Source: Chloroflexota bacterium
GTDB lineage: Bacteria > Chloroflexota > UBA11872
Direction of reading: 5' to 3'
NCBI GenBank assembly: GCA_965247475.1
Contig: OZ252016.1
Span: 982,087-1,046,086 of the forward strand
DNA length: 64,000 bases
Within the stretch, counting starts at the first letter, position 1. Each line of letters begins with the position of its first letter. A model generated the notes under the pieces. That model saw nothing but the letters and a program-made list of their open reading frames with translations, did no database searches and was not told the DNA's origin. The position numbers and the translations under genes were made by a program. Shown here one piece after another: positions 9,559-19,867 of this stretch.

Positions 9559-10464
9559 CTAACCGAGCGGCCAGAGTTGTTCAGCAACCTCATCGAGCGT
9601 GCGCGTTCCGCCGGACGCAATCCACTCGAGAATCTCTCGAGCCTCGGTCCAGAGGTGGATGAGCGTGTACACCATGAGTCGGCGGTGCAGATCATCGATT
9701 CCGTACGCCCTCGTGAGCTCCGGCCTGATAAGGAGTCTTAGAAGCTCCGGGTCACCGCGAGCGATGTCGAGCCCAGGGCCGACGATGTCGTAGACGCGCT
9801 CGCCATGCATCGCGTCGCCGAAGTCAAGAATGCCGGAGATTCGCCAGCCGGAGGTCTGCCGCTCCACGAACACATGCTCGGCGCCCAGATCGCCGTGGAG
9901 AAGCGACGCAGTGCCGGCCGGGTCCGGAATTGTCCCTGCCGAATCAAGGAACTCGATCACTCGATCCGCGATCTGGAACCCGACGGCGCGGCGCATGTGG
10001 CCGCCGTTGTCCCAAGCGGTTCGGCGTCGCGCGACGAACGTGTGCCAGGTCTCGGGCATCCGCTCGACGCTTGCGTCGTGCAGCGCGTGCAAGATGTCGC
10101 CGAGTTGCGCGACCAGGCGCACCAGCTCGCGGCGCGTCAGCTCGGGTCGAACGTCAGTGAGCGGCTTCCCCGGCAGGCGGGTGGTGATCACATACGGCCA
10201 ACCACCATCCACGCCGTGGGCCAGCAGCTTCGTGGTAGCTACATCTGGGTTGCCCGCGAGGATCTCCGCTGATTCGACTTCCGCGGCGTAGTCGTCAAAC
10301 CCCTCGAACCACTCGGTCGGAACGAACAGCTTGATGAAGAACTCGTCGCCGACCGCAAATGTCGCGTGGGTCCCGGGGACCGTCGGGCGCACCCGCCCCG
10401 CATCGAGCTCGTGACGCAATAGCGCGCGCTCAATCGTGGGCGTCCAAAACCCTACGTCGCCCAT
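9559..10464 (-). CDS. Phosphotransferase enzyme family protein (APH-like kinase)
   Basis: Brenner motif LLHGDLGAEHVFV and D-x-G motif ILDFGDAM. Start trimmed to internal ATG 10464. Confidence 0.7.
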   Translation of the reverse strand: MGDVGFWTPTIERALLRHELDAGRVRPTVPGTHATFAVGDEFFIKLFVPTEWFEGFDDYAAEVESAEILAGNPDVATTKLLAHGVDGGWPYVITTRLPGKPLTDVRPELTRRELVRLVAQLGDILHALHDASVERMPETWHTFVARRRTAWDNGGHMRRAVGFQIADRVIEFLDSAGTIPDPAGTASLLHGDLGAEHVFVERQTSGWRISGILDFGDAMHGERVYDIVGPGLDIARGDPELLRLLIRPELTRAYGIDDLHRRLMVYTLIHLWTEAREILEWIASGGTRTLDEVAEQLWPLG

Positions 10465-10991
10465 GACGCGAGGCCATTCGCCGCGCCGAGGGACAGGCGG
10501 ACTTCGATTCGTCGTGGTGCGCCTTGCTGGTGTACTTCTCATGAGCCTAGTTGACACGCTGCGACCCCACCCGTGCCGTGGGCTGCTGCCGCCCGGTGGC
10601 CCGCAGCGTGCGACGATTTCGGACTTCGATCCGTCCCAGCTCCAATAGGCGGGCCACCCGGCTACGTTCATTCGTCCCATCTGGGACATCCCGATCTGAA
10701 CGTCAGGCCACTTTGCCAGTGCCCCCGGACACCGGCTGGACTAGCACTTACGCCGACAGCGGCACGCAGGGCGCTTCCACGCTGGCCACGGCCACCAAGG
10801 GTCGGGCGCTGTTCGAGGAAGCCGTAGGCAATCTGGTGGAGTTCGCGGAGGAGTTCGCCGCGCGTGAGTTCAAAGCGCGCGTGGACCACCACGCGACGGC
10901 GCCCACGATTCCCCCGCCGGGATAGCCGGCGGTCGTGGGACTTTGCCTGCCCCGGGGCCTTCGATAGGACCACGCGGAGCTTCGCTACAAT

Positions 10992-11747
10992 GTGAGCGCC
11001 ATGGCTGATCCAAGTCTAGAGCCGGGCGGCGAAGCACCGGCGGCGGTGGTCTTCGACCTCTTCAACACGCTCACGGCGCCAGTGGACGACTCGGAGTTCC
11101 GGTCGTCGCTCATGGAGATGGCTCTTGCCGTCGGCGCGGACTCCGACGCCTTCACGCAAGGCTGGTTTGATTTGTGGCGGGAGCGATTTTCGGGCGTCTT
11201 TCCGACGGTCGAAGCGTCCGTGCGGGGCGTGTGCGATGCCATCGGACTCCGTGTCTCCGAGACGGCCATCAGCGGGGCGGTCCGGCTTTGCAGCGAGTTC
11301 TCGCGGCGCACCCTGCGGCCGCGGCCGGAGGCACTCCCCACGCTGGCCCGGCTCCGGTCGCTCGGCCTCGGGACCGCGCTGATCAGCGACTGCTCGCCAG
11401 ACGTGCCGGTCCTCTGGCCTACGACGCCTTTCGCGCAGGCGATTGACCATCCCCTCTTTTCCTGCGTGGAAGGGCTCACCAAGCCCGATCCTTCCATCTA
11501 CTTGCGCGCCTGCCAGCGTCTCGGGGTGGACCCGGAGGACTGCGTGTACGTGGGCGACGGCGGCAACCACGAGCTCAGCGGCGCCAAGCGGGTCGGAATG
11601 CGGGCCATCCTCATCAAGCTGCCCAAAGAGACCTCCGCTTGGCACAGGTCGGAATCAGACACGTGGCGGGGCGAAGCGATTCAGGCCCTCAGCGAGCTTC
11701 CGCCTCTTATCACCGGCGTCGGGGGACCGCCGCCGTCGATTGACTGA
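10992..11747 (+). CDS. HAD-IA family hydrolase
   Basis: VVFDLFNTLT (DxDxT-like motif I), LISDCSPDV, and a VGDGGNHELSGAKRVGM C-terminal motif. Confidence 0.75.
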   Translation: MSAMADPSLEPGGEAPAAVVFDLFNTLTAPVDDSEFRSSLMEMALAVGADSDAFTQGWFDLWRERFSGVFPTVEASVRGVCDAIGLRVSETAISGAVRLCSEFSRRTLRPRPEALPTLARLRSLGLGTALISDCSPDVPVLWPTTPFAQAIDHPLFSCVEGLTKPDPSIYLRACQRLGVDPEDCVYVGDGGNHELSGAKRVGMRAILIKLPKETSAWHRSESDTWRGEAIQALSELPPLITGVGGPPPSID

Positions 11748-11784
11748 AAGCACCGGCCGCAAGCACGCCCTATTCGTTCCCCGC

Positions 11785-13641
11785 TCAGCTCCCGGCGCGG
11801 CGCACGTGAAGAACCAGCCGGCTGGGATGTGCGGCGTCGTGGTACACGGCCTGATCGGCCACGACGAGCCGGCGCGAGTGCCCGAGCGGTTCGCCGGTGT
11901 TCGGGTTGGCGTCGAACCGCGGGTAGTTGGACGACGAGATATCCACCCGAATGCGGTGCCCGGCGGCGAATCGGTTGGCGGTGGGGTACAGCACGATCCG
12001 GAACTCGTAGACCTCGCCGGGATCGAGCAATTCCTCGCGGTCGAAGCCGCCGCGGAACCGCGCACGGATGATGCTGTCGGCGATATTGAGCTCGTAGCCG
12101 CCGGGCGCCGATCCGGGAACACCCCGCTCGTGCGGGTAGACGTCGAGCAGCTTCGCGGTGAAGTCCGTATCCACGGCGCTGCTGGACGCGAACAGGACGA
12201 CCTCGACCGGCCCCGCGATCACGACGTCTGACGCGAGCGCCTCCGTCTCGAACGTCAGCACGTCGTGGCGGGATGCGATGGCGAGGGAATCGTGATGTCC
12301 GAAGAACCGCGACGGCTGCCCGCGTTGATCGAAACCGCCCGACGGCAGGATGTCTTCCGCCGCGCTGATCGAGCCGCCGACGGTCGGGACCGGATGTCGA
12401 GGGTCGTACGTATAGGTTGATGGCTCGATGGCATCGACCGACGGATCGGGCCGGAGCGAACCGTCCGAGTGCAGGTGATACGCGATCTCGGCCGTCTCGG
12501 GCGGCGGCCACACGTCGGACGTGTGCCACTCGCCGCCATGCCAGAGCGTGAGCTCCGGATCCTGGGGGCGGCGTCCCCGACGGCCGCCCATGAGGAAGTA
12601 GCGGACGGGCGGCTCCTCCGCCAGTCCCGTGTCGAGCCCCTTGAGGTGCTGATCGAAGAATCGCAGCCGCATGTCGTCATAGAGGGGTAGCGGCGAATCG
12701 ATGCCGAACTCGGCGTCGCCCGACGTGCTTTCCTCGGTCGTGCCCTCGCCGTGCCGCCAGGGTCCGAGCAGCAAGCGCATCGGGCTCTGCTTGCGTTTGC
12801 CCAGGCCGTTGAAGTTTGCGATCGCGCCGCGCGGGTACGTGTCGTACCACCCGCTCTGGAACAGCACCGGCACATCGGCGTGATCGTCCCAATACCGGTC
12901 GATCGTGTAGCCCCGCTGCATCCAGTAGTCGTCGTAGGCGCCGTGCGTGAGCACATCCCACGCCCACCGCTCGTAGCTGGGGAGCAAACGGAGAGCCGTC
13001 CGTCCCGGCCGGAACCGCAACGGCGGGCGAAAGATCTCCGGAACACGCGCGTACTCCTGGTCGAGCACGCGCTTGAGGTCGGGATCGGCGAGCGCCTCAC
13101 GGCTGCTCGACGCCATCCAGTACGCGTAGCGGATGAAGCGCTGCTCCAGCGCGCCGCCCTGGCGCAGGGAGGAGACGTGGTAGTTGCTGGTGCCCTGGCC
13201 GATCACTTGCGCCGCCAGATGCGGCGGGTCGAGCGTTGCCAGCGAGCTCTGGTCGGAGCCCGCGTAGCTGGCGCCCATCGTTCCGACGACTCCGTTGCAC
13301 CACGGCTGCGCGGCGGTCCACTCGACCACGTCAAACCCGTCCGGCGCCTCCTTCGCGAATGGATACCAGTCGCCGTCCGAACGACCGCGGCCGCGGACGT
13401 CGTTGATGACGACGGCATATCCACGGCGCGCGTACCAATGGCCGCGGCGCGCGTACCGCGTGCCGTCTTTCAGGTATGGCGTGCGTTCGACGATGGCGGG
13501 GACGGCGTCGCCGATTTCCTCGCCCCCGGCGGCCGGCAGGTAGACGTCCGCCGCCAGCTCGACGCCGTCGCGCAGCGCGATGCGAACGTCCGGCCGGACG
13601 TTCGAGTCGAACTCGAAATGCGAGCCTTGCCGTCCGGGCAT
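11785..13641 (-). CDS. CocE/NonD family hydrolase (X-Pro dipeptidyl peptidase, S15-like)
   Basis: VINDVRGRGRSDGDW and GASYAGSDQ are serine-hydrolase motifs. A large C-terminal beta-sandwich region follows. Start at ATG 13641. Confidence 0.8.
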   Translation of the reverse strand: MPGRQGSHFEFDSNVRPDVRIALRDGVELAADVYLPAAGGEEIGDAVPAIVERTPYLKDGTRYARRGHWYARRGYAVVINDVRGRGRSDGDWYPFAKEAPDGFDVVEWTAAQPWCNGVVGTMGASYAGSDQSSLATLDPPHLAAQVIGQGTSNYHVSSLRQGGALEQRFIRYAYWMASSSREALADPDLKRVLDQEYARVPEIFRPPLRFRPGRTALRLLPSYERWAWDVLTHGAYDDYWMQRGYTIDRYWDDHADVPVLFQSGWYDTYPRGAIANFNGLGKRKQSPMRLLLGPWRHGEGTTEESTSGDAEFGIDSPLPLYDDMRLRFFDQHLKGLDTGLAEEPPVRYFLMGGRRGRRPQDPELTLWHGGEWHTSDVWPPPETAEIAYHLHSDGSLRPDPSVDAIEPSTYTYDPRHPVPTVGGSISAAEDILPSGGFDQRGQPSRFFGHHDSLAIASRHDVLTFETEALASDVVIAGPVEVVLFASSSAVDTDFTAKLLDVYPHERGVPGSAPGGYELNIADSIIRARFRGGFDREELLDPGEVYEFRIVLYPTANRFAAGHRIRVDISSSNYPRFDANPNTGEPLGHSRRLVVADQAVYHDAAHPSRLVLHVRRAGS

Positions 13642-13892
13642 CGGAGATGCGCCACCTATCGCGACCAGCGTCTCGGGTGGATTGTGACCGACCGGCGTCG
13701 ATCTGTCCGATGCTGGCGCGCTGTTTGCGGCCGGGCGCCGGACCGATCCTCGACGCGGGGGTGCCTGTGCTACAAGTGTGGCCGTCAACGCGCCCGGACC
13801 AGAGCGCAGCCCAAATCACCACGCAGCTTGCCGTTGTTCGAGCGGTCGACGCGACCGAGGGGTCAAGTCCAGGCGTGCTCGGTCGTCGCATC

Positions 13893-14180
13893 ATGGGCGG
13901 CGCCGACGGCGCCGATGGCGCGGGCGCGCTCCTGATCGGCGAGCTCGTGGTTTCTCCGGGGGCCGTGGTTCGGCGCCATCGCCACCGCGTCGAGGAAGTC
14001 TTCTTCCTGATCTCCGGCGACGGCACGCTGGAGACGGACGATGAGAGCGTCCGGCTCGGTCCGGGCGACGCAGTGACCGTTCCTGCAAACACCTTCTATC
14101 TGTTCACGAACGACGGCGACGAGGATGTACGAACCGTCTATGCGCTTCCGTCGGTCAAGCCCGGGACGCAGTTCGGCTAA
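13893..14180 (+). CDS. Cupin domain protein
   Basis: HRHRVEEVFFLISGDG...GPGDAVTVPANTFYLFTN is a cupin two-motif pattern. The start is uncertain, because the longer ORF reaches back to 13476. Confidence 0.55.
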   Translation: MGGADGADGAGALLIGELVVSPGAVVRRHRHRVEEVFFLISGDGTLETDDESVRLGPGDAVTVPANTFYLFTNDGDEDVRTVYALPSVKPGTQFG

Positions 14181-14196
14181 CGGGCCAACCGGTCGC

Positions 14197-14928
14197 GTGC
14201 CCGCGTTCGACGCCGCGTTCTTCGATTCCGGCGGCACGCTCTATCAGGAGGACCCCGCGACTTCCCGCGCCGCGGGCGAACCCACGATCGCGGATGCGCG
14301 GGCGACCGGACCCGGCCGCGCCGCCAGTGCCCTCATGTCGGCCGGCATCGAGGTCGGCGTGGAACGCCTCGCGTCAGCCATCGACTCCGTGGAGGCGGAC
14401 GCGCGGCGCCGCGCGGGCGCCGCGTTCTCGCACATCACACTCGTGACCGCCGGGCTGGCAGAGCTGGGCATTGCCCCGCCGCGCGAGATCGTGGTGTTCG
14501 CGGCCGACGCGTTTGCGGGGCCGCGCTACCCATCGTGGGTCTATCCCGGCACGCACGCAATGCTGGATCGGATGGTCGGCGCGGGTATCGATCTGGGGAT
14601 CATCGCCAACACCGATTGGCCCGGGTTCAGCATGGACCGCGCCTACGAAGGTCTCGGATTGCTCCGGTACTTCCGAACCCGCGTGTACTCGTGCGACGCG
14701 GGTGTGAAGAAGCCCGACCGGCGGATCTTCGAGATTGCCGCCGAACGCGCGCGCCTCACCGATCAGCGCGTGCTGTTCGTCGGCAACGATCAGACGACCG
14801 ACGGCGTCGGCGCGCGGAGCTTCGGGTGGAGCGTCGCGCTGCGACGCGGACCCGAGGCCGAGGGATTCGCGGCCGACTTCCTCTTCGACGGCTGGGACGA
14901 GTTGCTGGGGTTTGTCGGCGTCAGCTGA
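14197..14928 (+). CDS. HAD family hydrolase
   Basis: FFDSGGTLY motif I. ...GNDQTTDGVGARSFGW at the C-terminus. In-frame GTG at 14197 chosen to avoid overlap with the cupin gene. The ORF is open from 14125. Confidence 0.55.
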   Translation: MPAFDAAFFDSGGTLYQEDPATSRAAGEPTIADARATGPGRAASALMSAGIEVGVERLASAIDSVEADARRRAGAAFSHITLVTAGLAELGIAPPREIVVFAADAFAGPRYPSWVYPGTHAMLDRMVGAGIDLGIIANTDWPGFSMDRAYEGLGLLRYFRTRVYSCDAGVKKPDRRIFEIAAERARLTDQRVLFVGNDQTTDGVGARSFGWSVALRRGPEAEGFAADFLFDGWDELLGFVGVS

Positions 14929-14957
14929 CGACCTCTCGCGGACCGCGCACGCGCGCC

Positions 14958-16376
14958 TCAGTCCCAGCGCCGCGGCCCCAGCTGCCGACTGCTCAGATAC
15001 GGCGTGCAGCCCGGCCGCGACTTGAACTCGCTGAAGTAGTCGGGAATCGCGCCGCCCGCATCGTCAACCGCGCGACCGAGCAATCGCTTGACCTCGCCCG
15101 GATTCTCGTCGGCGAGGTTCCGCTCCAGCAGCGGGTCCTCGTCCACCCGATACAGCAACGGTTCCTCACCCCAGATGGTCGCGTTGCACCACCAGTCGGC
15201 ATCGATCACGGTCATCAGCGGACCCCAGGCGACGGTCACATAGTCGCGCGGCGATGCGTCGTTGGCGGCCACCACCGGCCAGACATTGGACCCTTCCGTA
15301 TCCGCTTCCGCGCCCGCGGCGGCCAGCATCGTGGCGGCCAGATCGGTGTTCGTCACGAAGTCGTCGTAGGTCTGTCCGGCCCGTGGCGTGTCGGGGTGCC
15401 GGATCATCACCGCCAGATCGGCGACCGAATGCGTCATCGGGTGGCCTTGCTTGCTGACCAACCCCTTGTCGCCCGGCCCGATGCCGAGATTGTGCCCGTG
15501 GTCCGACGTCACGATCACGAGCGTGTCGTCCAGGCGCCCGTAGTGGCCCAGCGCCTCCATGAAGTGCCCGAACCAGAAGTCGGTCAGCGTGACCTCGCCC
15601 GCATAGTTCGCCTGGCAGCGCTTGAGCTCGCGATCGGTGAAGACCCCCTCGTGCGGCGCGTAGAGCGATTGGATGATGTCGGCGACATCGTCGTCGGGGT
15701 CATACAGGCGCCGGTAGTACGGCGGCGGCTCCCACGGCTCATGCGGGTCGAACGAGTCCACGACCAGGAAGAACTGCTCGGCGTCCTGGTTGTCGTGCAG
15801 CCAGCGTGAGGCCTCGCGGAAGAGGCGAGCGGGGTAGAAGTCCTCTTCGCCGCGCCTGAACAGGTTGTTCGTGAGGTACTGACGGTAGAACCCCGAGCGC
15901 CTCTCGTCCGGCCGGCTGGCCGGCACGTGGCCGTCGATCGTCCCGGCGGGAAGCTCGGGTCCGGAGCGGAACCTGTCCATCTCCTGCCCGCGAATCCACT
16001 GCCACTCGTCGAAGCCGCGGTGGAAGTTCTTGGACGGCTTGAACTGGTGGTAGCAGTCAGTGAACAGCGCCGTCCGGTAGCCCTGGGTGCGGAGCAGCTC
16101 CGCGACGGTGTCCTGATCCTCGGGAATCGGCCCCCACCCGGGGGACCCGGGGAAGTCGCCCTTGTGGTCGATGTGGCCTTTGAACGGGAAGGTCCGCTGG
16201 CCGGTATGGATCGCGCGTCGAAACGGGAGCGTCGGCAATGACTCGGGATAGGCGCGCGTAAGCCGGATCGATTCGCTCGCGAACGCGTCGAGGTGCGGTG
16301 TTCGAATCCAGTCGTTGCCGTACGCCCCGATGTGGTCCTTACGCAGCGTGTCGAAGATCACGAGGACGATGTTCAT
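14958..16376 (-). CDS. Sulfatase-like hydrolase (alkaline phosphatase superfamily)
   Basis: MNIVLVIFDTLRKDH N-terminus. SDHGHNLG motif. Start at ATG 16376 preceded by AGGA. Confidence 0.8.
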   Translation of the reverse strand: MNIVLVIFDTLRKDHIGAYGNDWIRTPHLDAFASESIRLTRAYPESLPTLPFRRAIHTGQRTFPFKGHIDHKGDFPGSPGWGPIPEDQDTVAELLRTQGYRTALFTDCYHQFKPSKNFHRGFDEWQWIRGQEMDRFRSGPELPAGTIDGHVPASRPDERRSGFYRQYLTNNLFRRGEEDFYPARLFREASRWLHDNQDAEQFFLVVDSFDPHEPWEPPPYYRRLYDPDDDVADIIQSLYAPHEGVFTDRELKRCQANYAGEVTLTDFWFGHFMEALGHYGRLDDTLVIVTSDHGHNLGIGPGDKGLVSKQGHPMTHSVADLAVMIRHPDTPRAGQTYDDFVTNTDLAATMLAAAGAEADTEGSNVWPVVAANDASPRDYVTVAWGPLMTVIDADWWCNATIWGEEPLLYRVDEDPLLERNLADENPGEVKRLLGRAVDDAGGAIPDYFSEFKSRPGCTPYLSSRQLGPRRWD

Positions 16377-16534
16377 GCAGCTGTTGTCCTGCCGGTGGTC
16401 GGCGAGCATCGTCCACCGCGGGCACGTTATCGGTCAATCGCGTTACGGGTGGGGCGGCGCCGGTCGGACGGTCGTTGGGATTCGAGCGGTAACCTACGAG
16501 AGAGCAGCCGTTCCCGTACGGGCGGGCGCCGCAT

Positions 16535-17776
16535 ATGACGATCGACAAACTGATGGGCCAGACGGTCGCCTTGGCCGCTTCGGGCGGTCTGGACAGCTGC
16601 ACCATCACGCGCTGGCTGACCGAGGAGAGCGCGGTGCGGGTGGTCGCCATGACCGCCGATCTCGCGCAGCCCGACGAGGCCGACATCTCCGCGATCAAGA
16701 CGCGGATGCAACTGGCCGGCGCCGAGGAGGCGATCATCGTCGACGCGCGCGAAGCACTGGCGCGTGCTGGGCTGGAGGTGATCCAGGCGCAGGCGCGCTA
16801 CGAGGGCGGCTACTGGAATACGACCGGCATCGCGCGCCACGTAACCGTGGCGGCGTTGCTCCCGGAGGTCCGGCGCCGGAACATCGAGATCTTCGCGCAC
16901 GGCGCGACCGGCCGCGGGAACGACCAGGTCAGGTTTCAACTCGCGACCAACATGCTGGCGCCGGACATCCAGGTGTATGCGCCCTGGCGCGATTCGGTCT
17001 TTCTCGAGGAGTTTCCGGGCCGCAGGGAGATGATCGCGTTCTGTGAGCGCGAGGACATCCCGATCCGCGCGACGCTCGAGAAGCCGTACTCGACCGACGC
17101 CAACCTGCTGGGGCTCACGCATGAGGCCGGCAAGCTGGAAGACCTGGATACGCCGGCCCACTTCGTCGACCCGGAGATGGGCGCGTATCCGGCGGACGCC
17201 CCGGACGACCCGGAACGCGTCAGGGTTCGCTTCGAGGCCGGAGTCCCAGTAGCGATCGACGGCGAGCCGGTCGGTCCGGTCGAGGCGTTCGAGCGCGCGA
17301 ACCAAACGGCGGGCCGACACGGTGTCGGCATCGGGCTGCACGTCGTCGAGAACCGCTTCGTCGGCATCAAGTCGCGGGGCGTGTACGAGGCGCCTGGCAT
17401 GGAGCTGCTCGGCACGTGCTACGAGTACGTGCTCCAACTCGTTCTCGACCGGCGCGCCCGCCCGGTGTTCGACTCGCTCTCGGCGCAACTCGGACGCCAG
17501 ATCTACGAGGGCTACTGGTTCGATCAAGCCAGCACGGCGATCCGCGCGGGCATCGCCGAGTTCGCCAGGCTCGTCAGCGGCGAGGTCGCCGTCGATCTGC
17601 TGAAGGGCAATATTGCGTTTGTGTCGGCGAGCGATGTGCCGCACTCGCTCTACTCCGACGCGTCCAGCATGGAGGGCGTCGGCGAGTTCGATCACCGCGA
17701 TTCGGAGGGCTTTCTGGGCGTGCTCGGCGTGAGTGCGCGGGCGCTGCACTCCGGCCGGCAGGTTCGCGGCGAATGA
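16535..17776 (+). CDS. argG: Argininosuccinate synthase
   Basis: AASGGLDSCTITRWL (PP-loop motif) and ArgG-typical conservation along the whole length. Confidence 0.9.
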   Translation: MTIDKLMGQTVALAASGGLDSCTITRWLTEESAVRVVAMTADLAQPDEADISAIKTRMQLAGAEEAIIVDAREALARAGLEVIQAQARYEGGYWNTTGIARHVTVAALLPEVRRRNIEIFAHGATGRGNDQVRFQLATNMLAPDIQVYAPWRDSVFLEEFPGRREMIAFCEREDIPIRATLEKPYSTDANLLGLTHEAGKLEDLDTPAHFVDPEMGAYPADAPDDPERVRVRFEAGVPVAIDGEPVGPVEAFERANQTAGRHGVGIGLHVVENRFVGIKSRGVYEAPGMELLGTCYEYVLQLVLDRRARPVFDSLSAQLGRQIYEGYWFDQASTAIRAGIAEFARLVSGEVAVDLLKGNIAFVSASDVPHSLYSDASSMEGVGEFDHRDSEGFLGVLGVSARALHSGRQVRGE

Positions 17777-18028
17777 GCGGGCGCCGCGCGCGGCGCACCC
17801 CGTCGTGGACGACGACAAACGCTCAACCTGCTGGTGAGCTAACCTTCCGGCGGCTCGCCCGTCATGCAGGATTTGGCATGCCCGACACGATGCTGACGAC
17901 GCCGATCGATCGGGTGCACTCATGAGACGACCCGCGTTCGCCTTTGACGATCGAGCCACCACAGTTCTGGTCGCGGCATCGACCGTGCTGGGGCTGGAGG
18001 CGATTCGCGTCTTCGCTACGCAAACCGT

Positions 18029-19768
18029 ATGGGTCCTCGGCGAGACCTCGAACCGGCTCGTTCTGGCCTGGTCGCGCTCGGCGGATTTTTCGCGTGGCCG
18101 CTGGCCCGATGGCTGGGCGAGCGGTCGATGCGGCTGCGCGCCCTGCTGCTGTTGGCGGGCGCGGCGGTGGTTGGGCAGATCTCCGCCGCACCGTGGGTCG
18201 ACTTCGGCGCCGGGCTGGCCGGAACGATGGCGTTTGGATGGGTGCTCGCGCTGTCCGTGTCCCGGCTGGGGCACGTGGCGGCGGCCGCGGTTGCGTTCGG
18301 GCTGGCGGCTGACCTGGCGATTCGAGCCGTGCTGGTCACGGTCGACGCGCCGTTCGCGCACGAGCCCGCCGCGTCCGGGATCGTGGCGGGGCTGGTTGCG
18401 ATCGTCCTAGTGCTGGCCTGGTTCGAAGTTCGGGCGGCGCCGCGTGAGGCGCGCGGATTGTGGGGCCTTTTTGCGGTCGGCCCCGTGCTGCTGATCTTCT
18501 TGGCGCTCAGCGGCAACTTCGGGCAGGTGGCGGAGCGGGCCGGGACCGACTTTCGGGCCGCGGCGCTCGCTATCGGAGCGGGAGCGGCCGTCGGCGCGTT
18601 GATGGCGGCTAGCGGGCGACAGCTCGCGCTCATGCGCCCACGATTCCTGCCCGCGGTTGGAGGTACCGCGCTGACCGTGCTCGGATACGCGCTCTTCGCC
18701 GTCGGCGGCATTGCCGCGCTGGTGGGCGCGGGACTGCTGGCGGCGGGTCTTCCATTGCTGTTGATGGCGGCCTGGCGTCTCATTGGCGCCGACCGCGGGA
18801 CGGCGCGACCGGTCGTGGCGGCGACGCTCGGTCTGCTGGCCGTCGCCGTGCTGCTGTTCGCCTACTACTCGTTCTACTCGCCCGACTGGCCGTTGCCGGC
18901 CGCTCTTGGCCTGGCGGTGCTCGCCGCGTTCGCGGCGTCCGCGCGGCGGGGGAGCAGGGATCAGGCCGAGGAGTCCCGATCCTGGTCACCGGTCGCCGCC
19001 GCGATCGCGGCGGCGGTGGTATTCGTGCCCTCCGGGGCCGCGGCGGTGGTAATCGCGCCCGCGACGCCCGACCCGAGCGCCGCGGCCCAAACGGCAGTCG
19101 TCATGACCTACAACATCCGGCAAGGATTCGGACTCGAGGGACGATTCGACCTCGAGGCGGTCGCGGAGACGATCGAGCGGGAAGGCGCGGACGTGGTCGG
19201 GCTCCAGGAGGTCGGCCGCGGTTGGATCATCTCCGGCGCCGCCGACCAGCTCACCTGGCTGTCCCGCCGACTCGACATGCCCTACGTCTTCGGCTCGAAC
19301 ATCGGCGACACCTGGGGGAACGCGCTCCTGACGCGCTTGCCCATGAGCGCCGAGAACCGGCAATTCGACAACCCCGGCCGCGTGCCGCGCGGCGTGCTGG
19401 CCGCCAACGTCCAGCTCGGCGCCGGCAGTTTGACTGTCCTGAACACACACTTCGATCACGAGGAGGATGGCGGTCCGACCCGGCGCGAGCAGGCCGCGGA
19501 CGTGCTCGACGAGTGGGCACAGCGCCCGGCGACCGTGCTGCTCGGCGACTTCAACGCGGGGCCTGGCGCCGCCGAGGTGCAGACGCTGCTCGCCGCGGGA
19601 TTCCACAACGCCGATGACTCCGGCCGGCCGACTTTTGCGTCCGATGAACCGATGGAGACGATCGACTACGTGCTCGCGACGCCGGACCTCGCGGTTCTCG
19701 ATGCACGCCGGCCGGACTCGACGGCATCCGACCATCTGCCGGTGATCGTCGAATACGGACTCCCGTGA
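18029..19768 (+). CDS. Polytopic membrane protein with C-terminal endonuclease/exonuclease/phosphatase (EEP) domain
   Basis: About 10 predicted TM segments followed by MTYNIRQG...GLQEV...LNTHFDHE...SDHLPVIVEY. An alternative N-terminus in another frame (17922..) suggests a possible frameshift. Confidence 0.7.
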   Translation: MGPRRDLEPARSGLVALGGFFAWPLARWLGERSMRLRALLLLAGAAVVGQISAAPWVDFGAGLAGTMAFGWVLALSVSRLGHVAAAAVAFGLAADLAIRAVLVTVDAPFAHEPAASGIVAGLVAIVLVLAWFEVRAAPREARGLWGLFAVGPVLLIFLALSGNFGQVAERAGTDFRAAALAIGAGAAVGALMAASGRQLALMRPRFLPAVGGTALTVLGYALFAVGGIAALVGAGLLAAGLPLLLMAAWRLIGADRGTARPVVAATLGLLAVAVLLFAYYSFYSPDWPLPAALGLAVLAAFAASARRGSRDQAEESRSWSPVAAAIAAAVVFVPSGAAAVVIAPATPDPSAAAQTAVVMTYNIRQGFGLEGRFDLEAVAETIEREGADVVGLQEVGRGWIISGAADQLTWLSRRLDMPYVFGSNIGDTWGNALLTRLPMSAENRQFDNPGRVPRGVLAANVQLGAGSLTVLNTHFDHEEDGGPTRREQAADVLDEWAQRPATVLLGDFNAGPGAAEVQTLLAAGFHNADDSGRPTFASDEPMETIDYVLATPDLAVLDARRPDSTASDHLPVIVEYGLP

Positions 19769-19867
19769 CCCCGGTGTCCGGCGAGCCGCGGCGGTGCCAG
19801 TACGCCGGGTCCTGAGATACGGCTAAGGGCCGCGACCCGCGACGATGCGGAGGCGGCCGGTGTTCTG

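Noticed and set aside
16427-18361. 644-aa ORF on the minus strand, together with other long antisense ORFs such as 2560-3915, 20125-21333, 25647-27053, 44740-46311 and 35302-36936
   Set aside because: Each lies antisense to a well-supported gene (argG, URO-D-like, AKR, MFS, TPR, sulfatase). Their translations are low-complexity Arg/Pro/Ala-rich, as expected for spurious ORFs in 70% GC DNA.
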